DNA of 64,000 nucleotides. It comes from Candidatus Marinacidobacterium sp. (GTDB taxonomy: Bacteria; Acidobacteriota; Vicinamibacteria; Marinacidobacterales; Marinacidobacteraceae). The notes under the pieces are model-generated. The model searched no databases and was not told where the DNA came from. It was given only the letters and a program-made list of their open reading frames with translations. This document shows positions 29,968-40,100 of this stretch, piece by piece. Position 1 is the stretch's first letter. Each line of letters starts with the position of its first letter. The stretch spans positions 1,312,001 to 1,376,000 of the forward strand of contig OZ244852.1 in NCBI GenBank assembly GCA_965220965.1, in the 5' to 3' direction. The position numbers and the translations under genes were made by a program.

Positions 29968-30098
29968 CGCTGGCGCGGCGCGGGCCCCGCCCACGCTGAC
30001 ACGCGGCCGGGCCGCGCGCGGAACGCTCCGGCCCGACGCTTGCACGCCCCCCTTGCAGCCTGACCGGGATGACCCGGAGGTGAGAAGGAGGGCGAGCC

Positions 30099-31532
30099 AT
30101 GATCGCAGCGTCTCGAGCAGCCGCGACCGTCCGCCCCGGAACGCGACGCCGGTCGATCCGGGGTAGGTGGACCGCAGCGGCCGCGGCCCTCGGCGCCCTC
30201 CTCGCCGCTCCCGCTTGCGAGGACCCCGGCTCCGCCACCGTCCCCGCGCAGGCGACCCGCGGTGGGGCTTCGGAAGCGCCGATTCCCGAAGTCGTCGCGA
30301 ACTGGATCGACGACAACGCCCACCCGTTCGAGGGCTCCCACCTGTCGCTTCCGCACACCGGGCTCGAGTTCCTCCGCGATCTGGTCGGGGATGCCCGCAT
30401 CGTCGCGCTGGGGGAGAACACCCACGGCACGCGCGACTTCTTCGAAATGAAGGCGCGGATCCTGCGCTTCCTGGTCGAGGAGATGGGCTTCGAAGCCTTC
30501 GTGATCGAAGCCACCTGGCCCGAGGCGCGTCGGCTCGACCACTATGTCCGAACGGGCGAAGGGGACGCGCTCGCGCTGCTCTCGGGGCTCTACTTCTGGA
30601 CGTGGCGGACGGAATCCGTCCTCGAAATGATCGAGTGGATGCGCGATCACAACGAGGCGGGGGGCAGTGTCGGCTTCCACGGCAACGACATGCAGTCCCC
30701 CGGCATGGCGCTCCACAATGTCCTGGAGTATTTCCGGACGGTGGACCCCGACGCGGCATCGGCAGTGATGACCGAGCTCCTATGCCTGAACTATTTCGCG
30801 AACAACCACCGCGGCCAGTCCCCGTCGCCGGGCTACCCCGATCAGAGCAACGCCTACCGGACGAACTGCCGAACGGATCTCGACCGCGTGCGAAGTCGCC
30901 TCCTCGACAAGGAGGACGACTACGCCGCCGTCAGCGGACAGGACGCTTTCGAGGTGGCTCTGCAGAGCCTGCGGGTGGCCCTCCAGTACCACCTGATGAT
31001 CTCCGGGGAGCAGGGCCGCGACGAATCGATGGCGGAGAACACGATCTGGATCGCCAACCAGCTTGGACCGGAGAGCCGCGTCGTCGTCTGGGCGCACAAC
31101 TACCATGTCTCGGAACAACCTGGCGCCCAGGGCTTCTACATGCGTTCCTGGTTCGGCGACGACCTGGTCATTCTGGGCTTTTCGCACGAGACCGGGCAGT
31201 TCACCGCGGTCGGCCAGGACGGCTCCGACTACACCGGCCTCGATGAGTTCACCCTCCGACCGGCAACCGCGGGTTCCTTCGAGCGCTACCTGTCGAGCGC
31301 ATCCCACGCCCGTTTCTTCCTCGACCTTCGCGACCGCGACCCCACCTCCCCCGCCACGAGCTGGCTCTCGGAGTCACTCCTCTTCCGCAGCATCGGCTGT
31401 TGCTACGACCCCGCCAGGCCCTCGAACTACTCCTACAGCCATGCCCTCGCCTCCTGGTTCGACATCATCATCCACTACGAGGCCACCCGCCCGACCGTCC
31501 TCCTTCCCGTTCGCTACCTCGACGGCTTCTGA
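30099..31532 (+). CDS. Erythromycin esterase family (Ere-like) protein, putative lipoprotein
   Basis: IVALGENTHGTRDFF, LVEEMGF...IEA, FHGNDMQ, RDESMAEN, WAHNYH. LAAPAC lipobox-like; AAGGAGG RBS. Confidence 0.88.
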   Translation: MIAASRAAATVRPGTRRRSIRGRWTAAAAALGALLAAPACEDPGSATVPAQATRGGASEAPIPEVVANWIDDNAHPFEGSHLSLPHTGLEFLRDLVGDARIVALGENTHGTRDFFEMKARILRFLVEEMGFEAFVIEATWPEARRLDHYVRTGEGDALALLSGLYFWTWRTESVLEMIEWMRDHNEAGGSVGFHGNDMQSPGMALHNVLEYFRTVDPDAASAVMTELLCLNYFANNHRGQSPSPGYPDQSNAYRTNCRTDLDRVRSRLLDKEDDYAAVSGQDAFEVALQSLRVALQYHLMISGEQGRDESMAENTIWIANQLGPESRVVVWAHNYHVSEQPGAQGFYMRSWFGDDLVILGFSHETGQFTAVGQDGSDYTGLDEFTLRPATAGSFERYLSSASHARFFLDLRDRDPTSPATSWLSESLLFRSIGCCYDPARPSNYSYSHALASWFDIIIHYEATRPTVLLPVRYLDGF

Positions 31533-31654
31533 GGACCGGCCTGCAGCGAGGTCGAGCGGCGCCGGCGAGTCCGGTCCTGGAGGCTGGATCCGCGCCTCGC
31601 GGGCGCAACCACATTTCCGCAACTCCTTACAGTGCGGTCCGGGAGGTCAGGACA

Positions 31655-32065
31655 GTGCCGGGAGAGGTCGTCGTCGCCAGGCTCTCGGCCCTCATGGAGG
31701 CCCAAGCCACCGACACGACCTCCCGACTGACCGAGTTGATCGAGATCAGAGCGGCCGAAGCGACGGCCCAACTGGCTGATGCGACCTCCCGACTGACCGA
31801 GCTGATCGAGACCAGAGCGGCCGAAGCGACCGCCCAACTGGCTGATGCGACTTCCCGACTGACCGAGTTGATCGAGGCGAGGGCCGCCGAGACCAACCGC
31901 AAGCTCGAGGAGACCAACGGCAAGCTCGCTGAGACCAACCAGTCTCTCGCTGAGACCAACGGCCGGCTTGACGCCGTCGAATCCCAGTTGAGGGCCGTCT
32001 GGGGCCTGCTTGTCCCCACGCTCGTCGCCGTCATCGGGGTGTTGCTGAGCGCCGTCCTGGGCTGA
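31655..32065 (+). CDS. Coiled-coil, C-terminally anchored protein, array copy 1 (head degenerate or truncated)
   Basis: Homologous to copies 2-4 from GEVVVA onward. The upstream head region is degenerate. GTG start after GGGAGG. Confidence 0.6.
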   Translation: MPGEVVVARLSALMEAQATDTTSRLTELIEIRAAEATAQLADATSRLTELIETRAAEATAQLADATSRLTELIEARAAETNRKLEETNGKLAETNQSLAETNGRLDAVESQLRAVWGLLVPTLVAVIGVLLSAVLG

Positions 32066-32199
32066 GCCGCAGAGATCCAGGACGGAGCGGTAAGCTCCCT
32101 GACCCGGCGTCGCGGCGACTCGCCGCATCGCGTCGGATTCCGGCTTGGCCGCCCTCAACGCGGCCGCGCCGAGCGTGCGTGCGGGCCCCCTGACGGGCC

Positions 32200-32387
32200 T
32201 TGGCAGCCCGTTGACACAGTCCCGCGGCGTTCGAGCGGCGATGCATCCCGCCCGAATCGCGCCCCTTCGGGGCGCTCATCGTTGCGTTTCGGTCGGAATA
32301 TTCCCGATATTCCTCCCTCACGCGCCTTGTCGGCCGGGCGCCTCACCGCTCTCGGCGCTGCACGCGACTTTATCAACGGACTGCTAG
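32200..32387. mobile_element. MITE copy A (180 bp, 32204-32383) with CTAG-type target-site duplication
   Basis: TIRs cagcccgttgacacagtc / gactttatcaacggactg. Flanks TTGG (decayed) and CTAG. The empty site gggcc-CTAG-cggacg is at 33701. Homologous in reverse complement to 60518-60748. Confidence 0.88.
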
Positions 32388-32468
32388 CGGACGGATCTTG
32401 AACCACCGATCCGTCCGCCAAAAGGGTGGACACGAGCCCCCGGGCCCAGCGCCCGGCAAGGAGGCCTC

Positions 32469-32915
32469 ATGGCCGCCGCCCCACCCCCCGATTCCAGCTC
32501 CGGAAACGAAGCCCCTCCCGTCCGGGAACCGGAGGTCGACGCGCTTTTCCGGTGTCTGCTCCACGGCGACCGGAATCCGGTCACCGTCTACAATGCGATC
32601 CAGGAGATCAAGGGAATGTCGGGAGAGGTCGTCGTCGCGCAGCTCTCGGCCCTCATCGAGACGAGATCCGCCGAAACGACCTCCCGACTGACCGAGTTGA
32701 TCGAGGCGAGGTCCGCCGAGACCAACCGCAAGCTCGAGGAGACCAACCGCAAGCTCGAGGAGACCAACGGCAAGCTCGCTGAGACCAACCAGTCTCTCGC
32801 TGAGACCAACGGCCGGCTTGACGCCGTCGAATCCCAGTTGAGGGCCGTCTGGGGCCTGCTTGTCCCCACGCTCGTCGCCGTCATCGGGGTGTTGCTGAGC
32901 GCCGTCCTGGGCTGA
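32469..32915 (+). CDS. Head-stalk-anchor coiled-coil membrane protein, array copy 2 (DUF1640/CCDC90-like architecture)
   Basis: AAGGAGG RBS, helical head, five ETNxxL heptads, C-terminal TM WGLLVPTLVAVIGVLLSAVLG. Confidence 0.8.
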   Translation: MAAAPPPDSSSGNEAPPVREPEVDALFRCLLHGDRNPVTVYNAIQEIKGMSGEVVVAQLSALIETRSAETTSRLTELIEARSAETNRKLEETNRKLEETNGKLAETNQSLAETNGRLDAVESQLRAVWGLLVPTLVAVIGVLLSAVLG

Positions 32916-33140
32916 GCCGCAGAGATCCAGGACGGAGCGGTAAGCTCCCTGACCCGGCGTCGCGGCGACTCGCCGCTTCGCGTCGGATTCCGGCTTGGCC
33001 GCCCTCAACGCGGCCGGCCGTAACGTGCGTGGGGGCCCGCCTGACGGGCCCCAGCGGACGGATCTTGAACCACACCGATCCGTCCGCCAAAAGGGTGGAC
33101 ACGAGCCCCCCCCGGGCCCAGCGCCCGGCAAGGAGGCCTC

Positions 33141-33566
33141 ATGGCCGCCACCCCACCCCCCGATTCCGGCTCCGGAACCGAGACTCCTCCCGTCCGGGAC
33201 CCGGAATTCCCCGCGCTTCTCCAGTGCCTGCTCCACGGCGACCGGAATCCGGTCACCGTCTACAATGCGATCCAGGAGATCAAGGCAATGTCGGGAGAGG
33301 TCGTCGTCGCGAAGCTCTCGGCCCTCATCGAGACCAGAACCGCCGAAACGACCGTGCGACTGGCTGATGCGACCTCCCGACTGACCGAGCTGATCGAGGC
33401 GAGGGCCGCCGAGACCAACGGCAAGCTCGCTGAGACCAACCAGTCTCTCGCTGAGACCAACGGCCGGCTTGACGCCGTCGAATCCCAGTTGAGGGCCGTC
33501 TGGGGCCTGCTTGTCCCCACGCTCGTCGCCGTCATCGGGGTGTTGCTGAGCGCCGTCCTGGGCTGA
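33141..33566 (+). CDS. Head-stalk-anchor coiled-coil membrane protein, array copy 3
   Basis: Same RBS and anchor, variant head, three ETN heptads plus one 22-aa module. Confidence 0.8.
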   Translation: MAATPPPDSGSGTETPPVRDPEFPALLQCLLHGDRNPVTVYNAIQEIKAMSGEVVVAKLSALIETRTAETTVRLADATSRLTELIEARAAETNGKLAETNQSLAETNGRLDAVESQLRAVWGLLVPTLVAVIGVLLSAVLG

Positions 33567-33787
33567 GCCGCAGAGATCCAGGACGGAGCGGTAAGCTCCC
33601 TGACCCGGCGTCGCGGCGACTCGCCGCATCGCGTCGGATTCCGGCTTGGCCGCCTCAACGCGGCCGGCCGCAGCGTGCGTGGGGGCCCGCCTGACGGGCC
33701 CTAGCGGACGGATCTTGAACCACACCGATCCGTCCGCCAAAAGGGTGGACACGAGCCCCCGGGCCCAGCGCCCGGCAAGGAGGCCTC

Positions 33788-34261
33788 ATGGCCGCCACCC
33801 CACCCCCCGATTCCGGCTCCGGAAACGAAGCCCCTCCCGTCCGGGAACCGGAGGTCGACGCGCTTTTCCGGTGTCTGCTCCACGGCGACCGGAATCCGGT
33901 CACCGTCTACAATGCGATCCAGGAGATCAAGGGAATGTCGGGAGAGGTCGTCGTCGCCAAGCTTTCGGCCCTCATCGAGACGAGAACCGCCGAAACGACC
34001 GTGCGACTGACGGGGCTCATCGAGACGAGAGCCGCCGAGACGACCTCGCGGCTGACCGAGCTCATCGAGGCCCGATCCGCCGAGGCGACCTCCCGACTGG
34101 CTGACGCGACCACCCGACTGACCCAGTTGATCGAGGCGAGGTCCGCCGAGAACAGGGGCCGACTCAGAGCGGTCGAAGGCCAGTTGAGGGCCATATGGGG
34201 CCTGCTCATCTCCCAGGTCATCGCCCTCGTCGGGGTTGCGCTGACGGTCATGCTGCGCTGA
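33788..34261 (+). CDS. Head-stalk-anchor coiled-coil membrane protein, array copy 4
   Basis: Head like copy 2, 15+15+22-aa modules, divergent anchor WGLLISQVIALVGVALTVMLR. Confidence 0.8.
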   Translation: MAATPPPDSGSGNEAPPVREPEVDALFRCLLHGDRNPVTVYNAIQEIKGMSGEVVVAKLSALIETRTAETTVRLTGLIETRAAETTSRLTELIEARSAEATSRLADATTRLTQLIEARSAENRGRLRAVEGQLRAIWGLLISQVIALVGVALTVMLR

Positions 34262-34346
34262 GCGTCAGCGCGTCGGCCCGGAGAAGACAACCCCCACCGG
34301 GGCGCCGCTGAAGACGCGCGCCCGGGCCGTTCCCGGGCGGCGCGAA

Positions 34347-34366
34347 GGGCGGCTCAAGAGCCGCCC
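34347..34366. terminator. GC-rich hairpin between convergent genes (terminator or REP-like)
   Basis: gggcggct-caag-agccgccc perfect stem, no U-tract. Confidence 0.45.
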
Positions 34367-34392
34367 GGTCAGCCGACCGGGGCTCCGTACCG

Positions 34393-36051
34393 TTACCGCT
34401 TCGTGGGCTTCGGGAAGTCGTGGTCGGCGTTGTCCTCGAGGAAGAGCGGCATCGGCGGCGGCGGCAGCCCCTTCTCGGCGCGCGCCTGCCGGACGGTCTC
34501 CCGCACATCGCTCAGCAGCTTGCGGGAGTCATAGACGATGCCGTCCTTGACGACGTACTTGATCGACCCGATGCGCTCGGTGCGGCCGGTCTCGTGGTTC
34601 AGCCGGATCGTGCCCGAGCCGTAGAGCACCTTGAGGTTCTGGAGTGGGTTCTCCTCGAGGATCACGAAGTCGGCGATCTTCTCTTCCTCCACGCTCCCGT
34701 ACTGCTCGTCGATGCCCAGGAGTTCGGCTCCGTTCAGGGTTGCGGACTTGACAACCTCGAGCGGGTGGAAGCCGGCCTCCTGGAACAGCTCCAGTTCCTG
34801 CACGAACCCGAATCCGTAGAGATTGAAGGTGTAGCCGGAGTCGCTTCCCACCGCGACCCGGCCGCCGCGGTTTTTGAACTCGTTCACGAAGGCCATCCAG
34901 AGCCGGTAGTTCTCCTTCCAGTTCAGCTCGACCTGCGTCGTCCAGTCGAAGAAGTAGGAGGCGTGGTTCTCGGCGTTCGGGCGGTAGAACTCCCACAGGT
35001 TGGGGTGGGTGTAGACCGAGTGCCACTCGTTGCGCTGCTGGCGCATCAGGTCGCGGGTCCCGATGTAGGCGACCCAGGTCGGATGGATCGAGAAGTCGAG
35101 CTCGAGCAGCTCCTCCATGACCGCGTTCCAGTGATCCGAGAACGGCGGCGCCGCCTGCGCCCACAGACGACCGGCTTCGGTGAAGCGGTCGTACTCGTTC
35201 ATGTAGTTGTAGTCGACCGGGTAGTGCTGGATGACGCGATCGGTGAAGAGCGCTTCGGGCAGGCCGTACCAGTGCGTCATCGAGGTGAGCCCGGCGCGGG
35301 CGGTGTCGAGGGCGTTCATCCCCACCACGTCGAGCTGGGCGTGGTGCGTGGTGGAGCGCAGGCCCACCTTCGCCGCCTCGTCAAGCGCGGCGCGGAAGAT
35401 GCGCGGCTGGGCGCCGAAGAACTTGATCCCCTCCGCTCCCTGCTCCTTCACCCACCGAACCCAGCGGCGGGCCGCCTCCGGATTCGTGACCGGCTCCTCG
35501 CCGTCACGTCCGAAAACGACATAGGCGTGGAAGCGGGGCGCGGTGATCTCGTTGTCCCAGGAGCGCTGCTTGTGGTGGAGCAGCCACCGGGTGTTGAAGT
35601 TCCCGACATCGGCGCCGGTGGTGATCCCGTGAGCCAGCCAGAGCTTGTGGATGTACTCGGTCGGGACGCCCTGCCCCTCCCCCTCGTTGTGCTGGTGGAG
35701 GTGCATGTCGATGAACCCCGGCAGCAGGTAGTGCCCGGAGAGGTCCATCTCCTCGTCGCCGGGCTGCGCCGGCGGACGGTCCTCTTCGTGGATCGGAGTG
35801 ACCGGCGTGCCGACCACGTGGATCGCCCGGATGACGTTCCCCTCCACGATGATGTCCGCCGGTCCGTACGGCGGGGCTCCGGTCCCGTCGATCACCGTGA
35901 CGCCGCGCAGGATGAGCCGGTCGAACGGCCCCTCGCCATCGGTCCGGTCCGGCACCAGGAAGGGGATGGGCTCCTGGGCCAGTCCGGGCGCGACCGACGC
36001 CAGCAGGAGCGCCGCCAGCAGCGCCACCAGGATCTTCGTCTTTCGGTTCAT
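34393..36051 (-). CDS. Amidohydrolase family protein, secreted
   Basis: Signal peptide, VIDGTG, LPGFIDMHLH, VGSDSG, ATLNGAELLG, ADFVIL..NPL. Confidence 0.92.
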   Translation of the reverse strand: MNRKTKILVALLAALLLASVAPGLAQEPIPFLVPDRTDGEGPFDRLILRGVTVIDGTGAPPYGPADIIVEGNVIRAIHVVGTPVTPIHEEDRPPAQPGDEEMDLSGHYLLPGFIDMHLHQHNEGEGQGVPTEYIHKLWLAHGITTGADVGNFNTRWLLHHKQRSWDNEITAPRFHAYVVFGRDGEEPVTNPEAARRWVRWVKEQGAEGIKFFGAQPRIFRAALDEAAKVGLRSTTHHAQLDVVGMNALDTARAGLTSMTHWYGLPEALFTDRVIQHYPVDYNYMNEYDRFTEAGRLWAQAAPPFSDHWNAVMEELLELDFSIHPTWVAYIGTRDLMRQQRNEWHSVYTHPNLWEFYRPNAENHASYFFDWTTQVELNWKENYRLWMAFVNEFKNRGGRVAVGSDSGYTFNLYGFGFVQELELFQEAGFHPLEVVKSATLNGAELLGIDEQYGSVEEEKIADFVILEENPLQNLKVLYGSGTIRLNHETGRTERIGSIKYVVKDGIVYDSRKLLSDVRETVRQARAEKGLPPPPMPLFLEDNADHDFPKPTKR

Positions 36052-36124
36052 TGAGTCCTCCGAAGCCGGTCAGTATCCCACAGCGCGGCGACGCCGCCGA
36101 TGCGCGCCGCCTCCCGTGGCGCGC

Positions 36125-36913
36125 TCAGGCGGAGAGGCGGTCCAGCCGGAGGCGATGGCGTTCGTCGAACAGTCTCCGGGCGGTGATCCGGACCGCCGCG
36201 AGCACCCCGAAACCGGTCCCGGCGGCGATCAGCAGCAGGATCATGATCTGGTAGCGGACGGCCTCCCCCACCGGGGCCCCCGCGAGGATCTGACCGGTCA
36301 TCATGCCCGGCAGGCTGACGACCCCGGCGGCCGCCATCGCGTTGAAGATCGGGATGAGCCCGGCCCGGGCGCTCTCCCGCGCGAACCCGGAAATGGCGTC
36401 CTCCCACGTCTCGCCAAGAGCCAGCCGCTGTTCGATGATCTCGCGGCCCGCCACCACCGAGCCGGTCAGCCGCTCCGCGCCGAGGGCCACTCCGTTCATC
36501 GTGTTCCCGAGGAGCATCCCCAGCAGGGGGATCGCGAAGCGGGGCGTCCACCAGGGATCCGGGCCCAGCACCGCAACCAGCGCGAAGGCGGTGCACAGGA
36601 ACGACGAGAGAAACATCGCGGTCCCGGAGGCGAGGTAGCCGGAGCGGCCCGCGAGCGGGCGCGCCTGCCGCCGCCGCACCTCGCGGGCCGCCACCAGCAG
36701 CATCACGAGCGCCATGCCGGCGACGACCGCCGGGTGGGTCGACCCGATAACGAAGCGCAGCACCAGTCCCAGCAACAGCAACTGAGCCGAAGCGCGAACC
36801 GCGAGCCACAGCAACTGACGCGACACGCCCAGCCGGACCGCCCAGGCCGCGATCGCGAGCGCAACAACCGCCAGGAACGAGAGGACGAGATCGGTCGTCG
36901 AGAGCGGGATCAT
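36125..36913 (-). CDS. fetB: ABC transporter permease, FetB/UPF0014 family
   Basis: RASAQLLLLG, IPLLGMLLGNTMN, GVVSLPGMMTGQILAG, AVRYQI. ATGA overlap with the ATPase. Confidence 0.85.
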   Translation of the reverse strand: MIPLSTTDLVLSFLAVVALAIAAWAVRLGVSRQLLWLAVRASAQLLLLGLVLRFVIGSTHPAVVAGMALVMLLVAAREVRRRQARPLAGRSGYLASGTAMFLSSFLCTAFALVAVLGPDPWWTPRFAIPLLGMLLGNTMNGVALGAERLTGSVVAGREIIEQRLALGETWEDAISGFARESARAGLIPIFNAMAAAGVVSLPGMMTGQILAGAPVGEAVRYQIMILLLIAAGTGFGVLAAVRITARRLFDERHRLRLDRLSA

Positions 36914-37530
36914 CCGGCCTCTCCCTCGCTCCCGGAGCCGATGCGGCCGGAGGGCAGCCGCAGGGTCCGATCGGCGAGCGCCAGTTCCTCGTCGAGGTGG
37001 GTGACCCACAAAGCGGCCGCCGGCCGCTCGCCGACGTAGCGGGTCAGCCGGTCCACGACCCGCTCGCGGCTCCGCCGGTCCAGATTCGCGGTCGGCTCAT
37101 CGAGGAGCAGGACCCGGGGGCGGCGGGCAAGGAGGCGCAACACCGCCACCCGGGCCCGCTCGCCGGTCGAGAGCCGCGCCGGGTCGGCGTCGGCGAGCTC
37201 GGGGTCCAGCCCGAGGCGGTCGAACTCCGCCTCGACTCCGCCCACATCGGAAGGGAAGTGCCCCCGCACGGTGGCCGCCCAGAAGCGAGGCTCGGCCGGG
37301 AGCAGCCCCACCCGGCGCCTCCAGCGCGGCGCGGGGATCGCAGCGCGATCCACGCCCTCCCACGCGACGTCGCCCGGAGTGTGGTCGAGGTCGGCGAGCG
37401 CGCGCAGGAGACGGGTCTTCCCCGAGCCGGAGGCGCCCGACACGGTCAGGATCCGGCCCGGGGCGACATCGAAGGCGAGCGGAGACACCCCGGGGAGCCG
37501 AAGATCGCGAACCCGAAACACGAACGGCAT
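36910..37530 (-). CDS. ABC transporter ATP-binding protein, FetA-like
   Basis: GASGSGKT, LSTGE, LLLDEPTANLD, WVTH. Confidence 0.88.
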   Translation of the reverse strand: MPFVFRVRDLRLPGVSPLAFDVAPGRILTVSGASGSGKTRLLRALADLDHTPGDVAWEGVDRAAIPAPRWRRRVGLLPAEPRFWAATVRGHFPSDVGGVEAEFDRLGLDPELADADPARLSTGERARVAVLRLLARRPRVLLLDEPTANLDRRSRERVVDRLTRYVGERPAAALWVTHLDEELALADRTLRLPSGRIGSGSEGEAG

Positions 37531-37646
37531 TGTGCCGCGCGCTGGCGCGAAGATCGTTGTATCGTTTCGAAATCATTGACCGGTGGGGCGGTGGGGTTCC
37601 GGCGTCCCGCCCGGCGGCAATCCGGAACAGCCAGGTTTCGACTCCC

Positions 37647-38561
37647 ATGGCCGAAACGCCGTCCGCCATCCCGTCCCGGCCGCCGCCGCTCTACCGATGC
37701 ATCGGCGCCGGCGTGCTCGCCGGCCTCGCAAGCCTGGTCCCCGGGGTGAGCGCCGGGACGATGATCCTGGCCGCCGGCGTCTATCCGGCGCTCGTCGCCG
37801 CGGTCGCCGAAATGTCGGCCGGGCGGTTCCGGCGCAGTTCGCTCCGGCTCCTCGCGGTCGTCGTGCTCTCGGCGGTGGCGGCCATCGTCTTCGTCGCGGG
37901 AGCGGCGCGGGACGCGGTCCTCGCCTGGCCCAGCCAGTTCCTCGCGCTGTTCCTCGGCCTGACCCTGGGCGGCGCGCCCATGCTGTGGCGGATGACCGAG
38001 CAGCGACGCCCGAGGTTCTGGGTGGCGGTCGCCGCCGGAATCTCCCTGGTCGTGATCCCGGTGCTGATCGTGGGGCCCGCCGGCGCGGGAGCGGGCGGGC
38101 TGGAGGCGAGCCGCCCGGCGTTCTTCGGGGCCGGCGCCATCGCCGCGTTCACGATGGTGCTTCCCGGGGTGAGCGGGGCAACCCTGCTCGTGATGATCGG
38201 CATGTACCTCCCCTACCTCGACGCCATGGACCGGCTCCGGACGGCGCTCGGCGCGGGCGGGATGGACGGAGGCGCCCTCTGGAGCGCGGTCAGCTATGTG
38301 CTGCCTTTCGTGCTCGGGAGCGTGCTCGGCATCGTGGTCGCCGCGCGGCTCGTTCGCTACCTGCTGAGGCGCTTCCCCCAGTGGACGGTGGGGGCTCTTC
38401 TCGGCCTCCTGCTCGGGGCCACCGCCGGGCTCTGGCCCTTCCAGACGGCTGCGGGCGAACTGTTCACACCCACGGTGACCCAGGCCGCCTCCTGCCTGGT
38501 GGCGCTGGGCGTCGGAGCTCTGCTCACGACGCTGCTCGGGCGGAAGCGGACGCCAGGCTGA
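37647..38561 (+). CDS. DUF368 domain protein (undecaprenyl-phosphate translocase family)
   Basis: Duplicated motif LVPGVSAGT / VLPGVSGAT, multi-TM, LWPF. Confidence 0.88.
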   Translation: MAETPSAIPSRPPPLYRCIGAGVLAGLASLVPGVSAGTMILAAGVYPALVAAVAEMSAGRFRRSSLRLLAVVVLSAVAAIVFVAGAARDAVLAWPSQFLALFLGLTLGGAPMLWRMTEQRRPRFWVAVAAGISLVVIPVLIVGPAGAGAGGLEASRPAFFGAGAIAAFTMVLPGVSGATLLVMIGMYLPYLDAMDRLRTALGAGGMDGGALWSAVSYVLPFVLGSVLGIVVAARLVRYLLRRFPQWTVGALLGLLLGATAGLWPFQTAAGELFTPTVTQAASCLVALGVGALLTTLLGRKRTPG

Positions 38562-38603
38562 GAGCCCGCCGACCGGACCCATAGTCAACCTACCATTCCG
38601 GCT

Positions 38604-40099
<1,496 letters not shown>

Positions 40100-40100
<1 letters not shown>

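Larger units (their letters stand above)
31630..34261 (+). repeat. Tandem array of four about 650-850-bp gene-plus-spacer units
   Basis: Near-identical gene 3' ends and spacers at 32066-32468, 32916-33140 and 33567-33787. Confidence 0.95.

Noticed and set aside
32373-33752. 459-aa minus-strand ORF with internal repeats across the array
   Set aside because: It is the antisense reading of the repeated units. The plus-strand ORFs have RBSs and coherent coiled-coil plus TM architecture.
31630-34261. Array as CRISPR, integron cassette array or DGR
   Set aside because: The repeats are whole gene-plus-spacer units with paralogous rather than unique cargo. There are no cas genes, integron integrase or reverse transcriptase, no attC-type ends that I could recognise, and the differences are not adenine-specific.
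38562-38603. SAH/SAM riboswitch upstream of ahcY
   Set aside because: The gap is only about 40 bp and has no recognisable riboswitch consensus.
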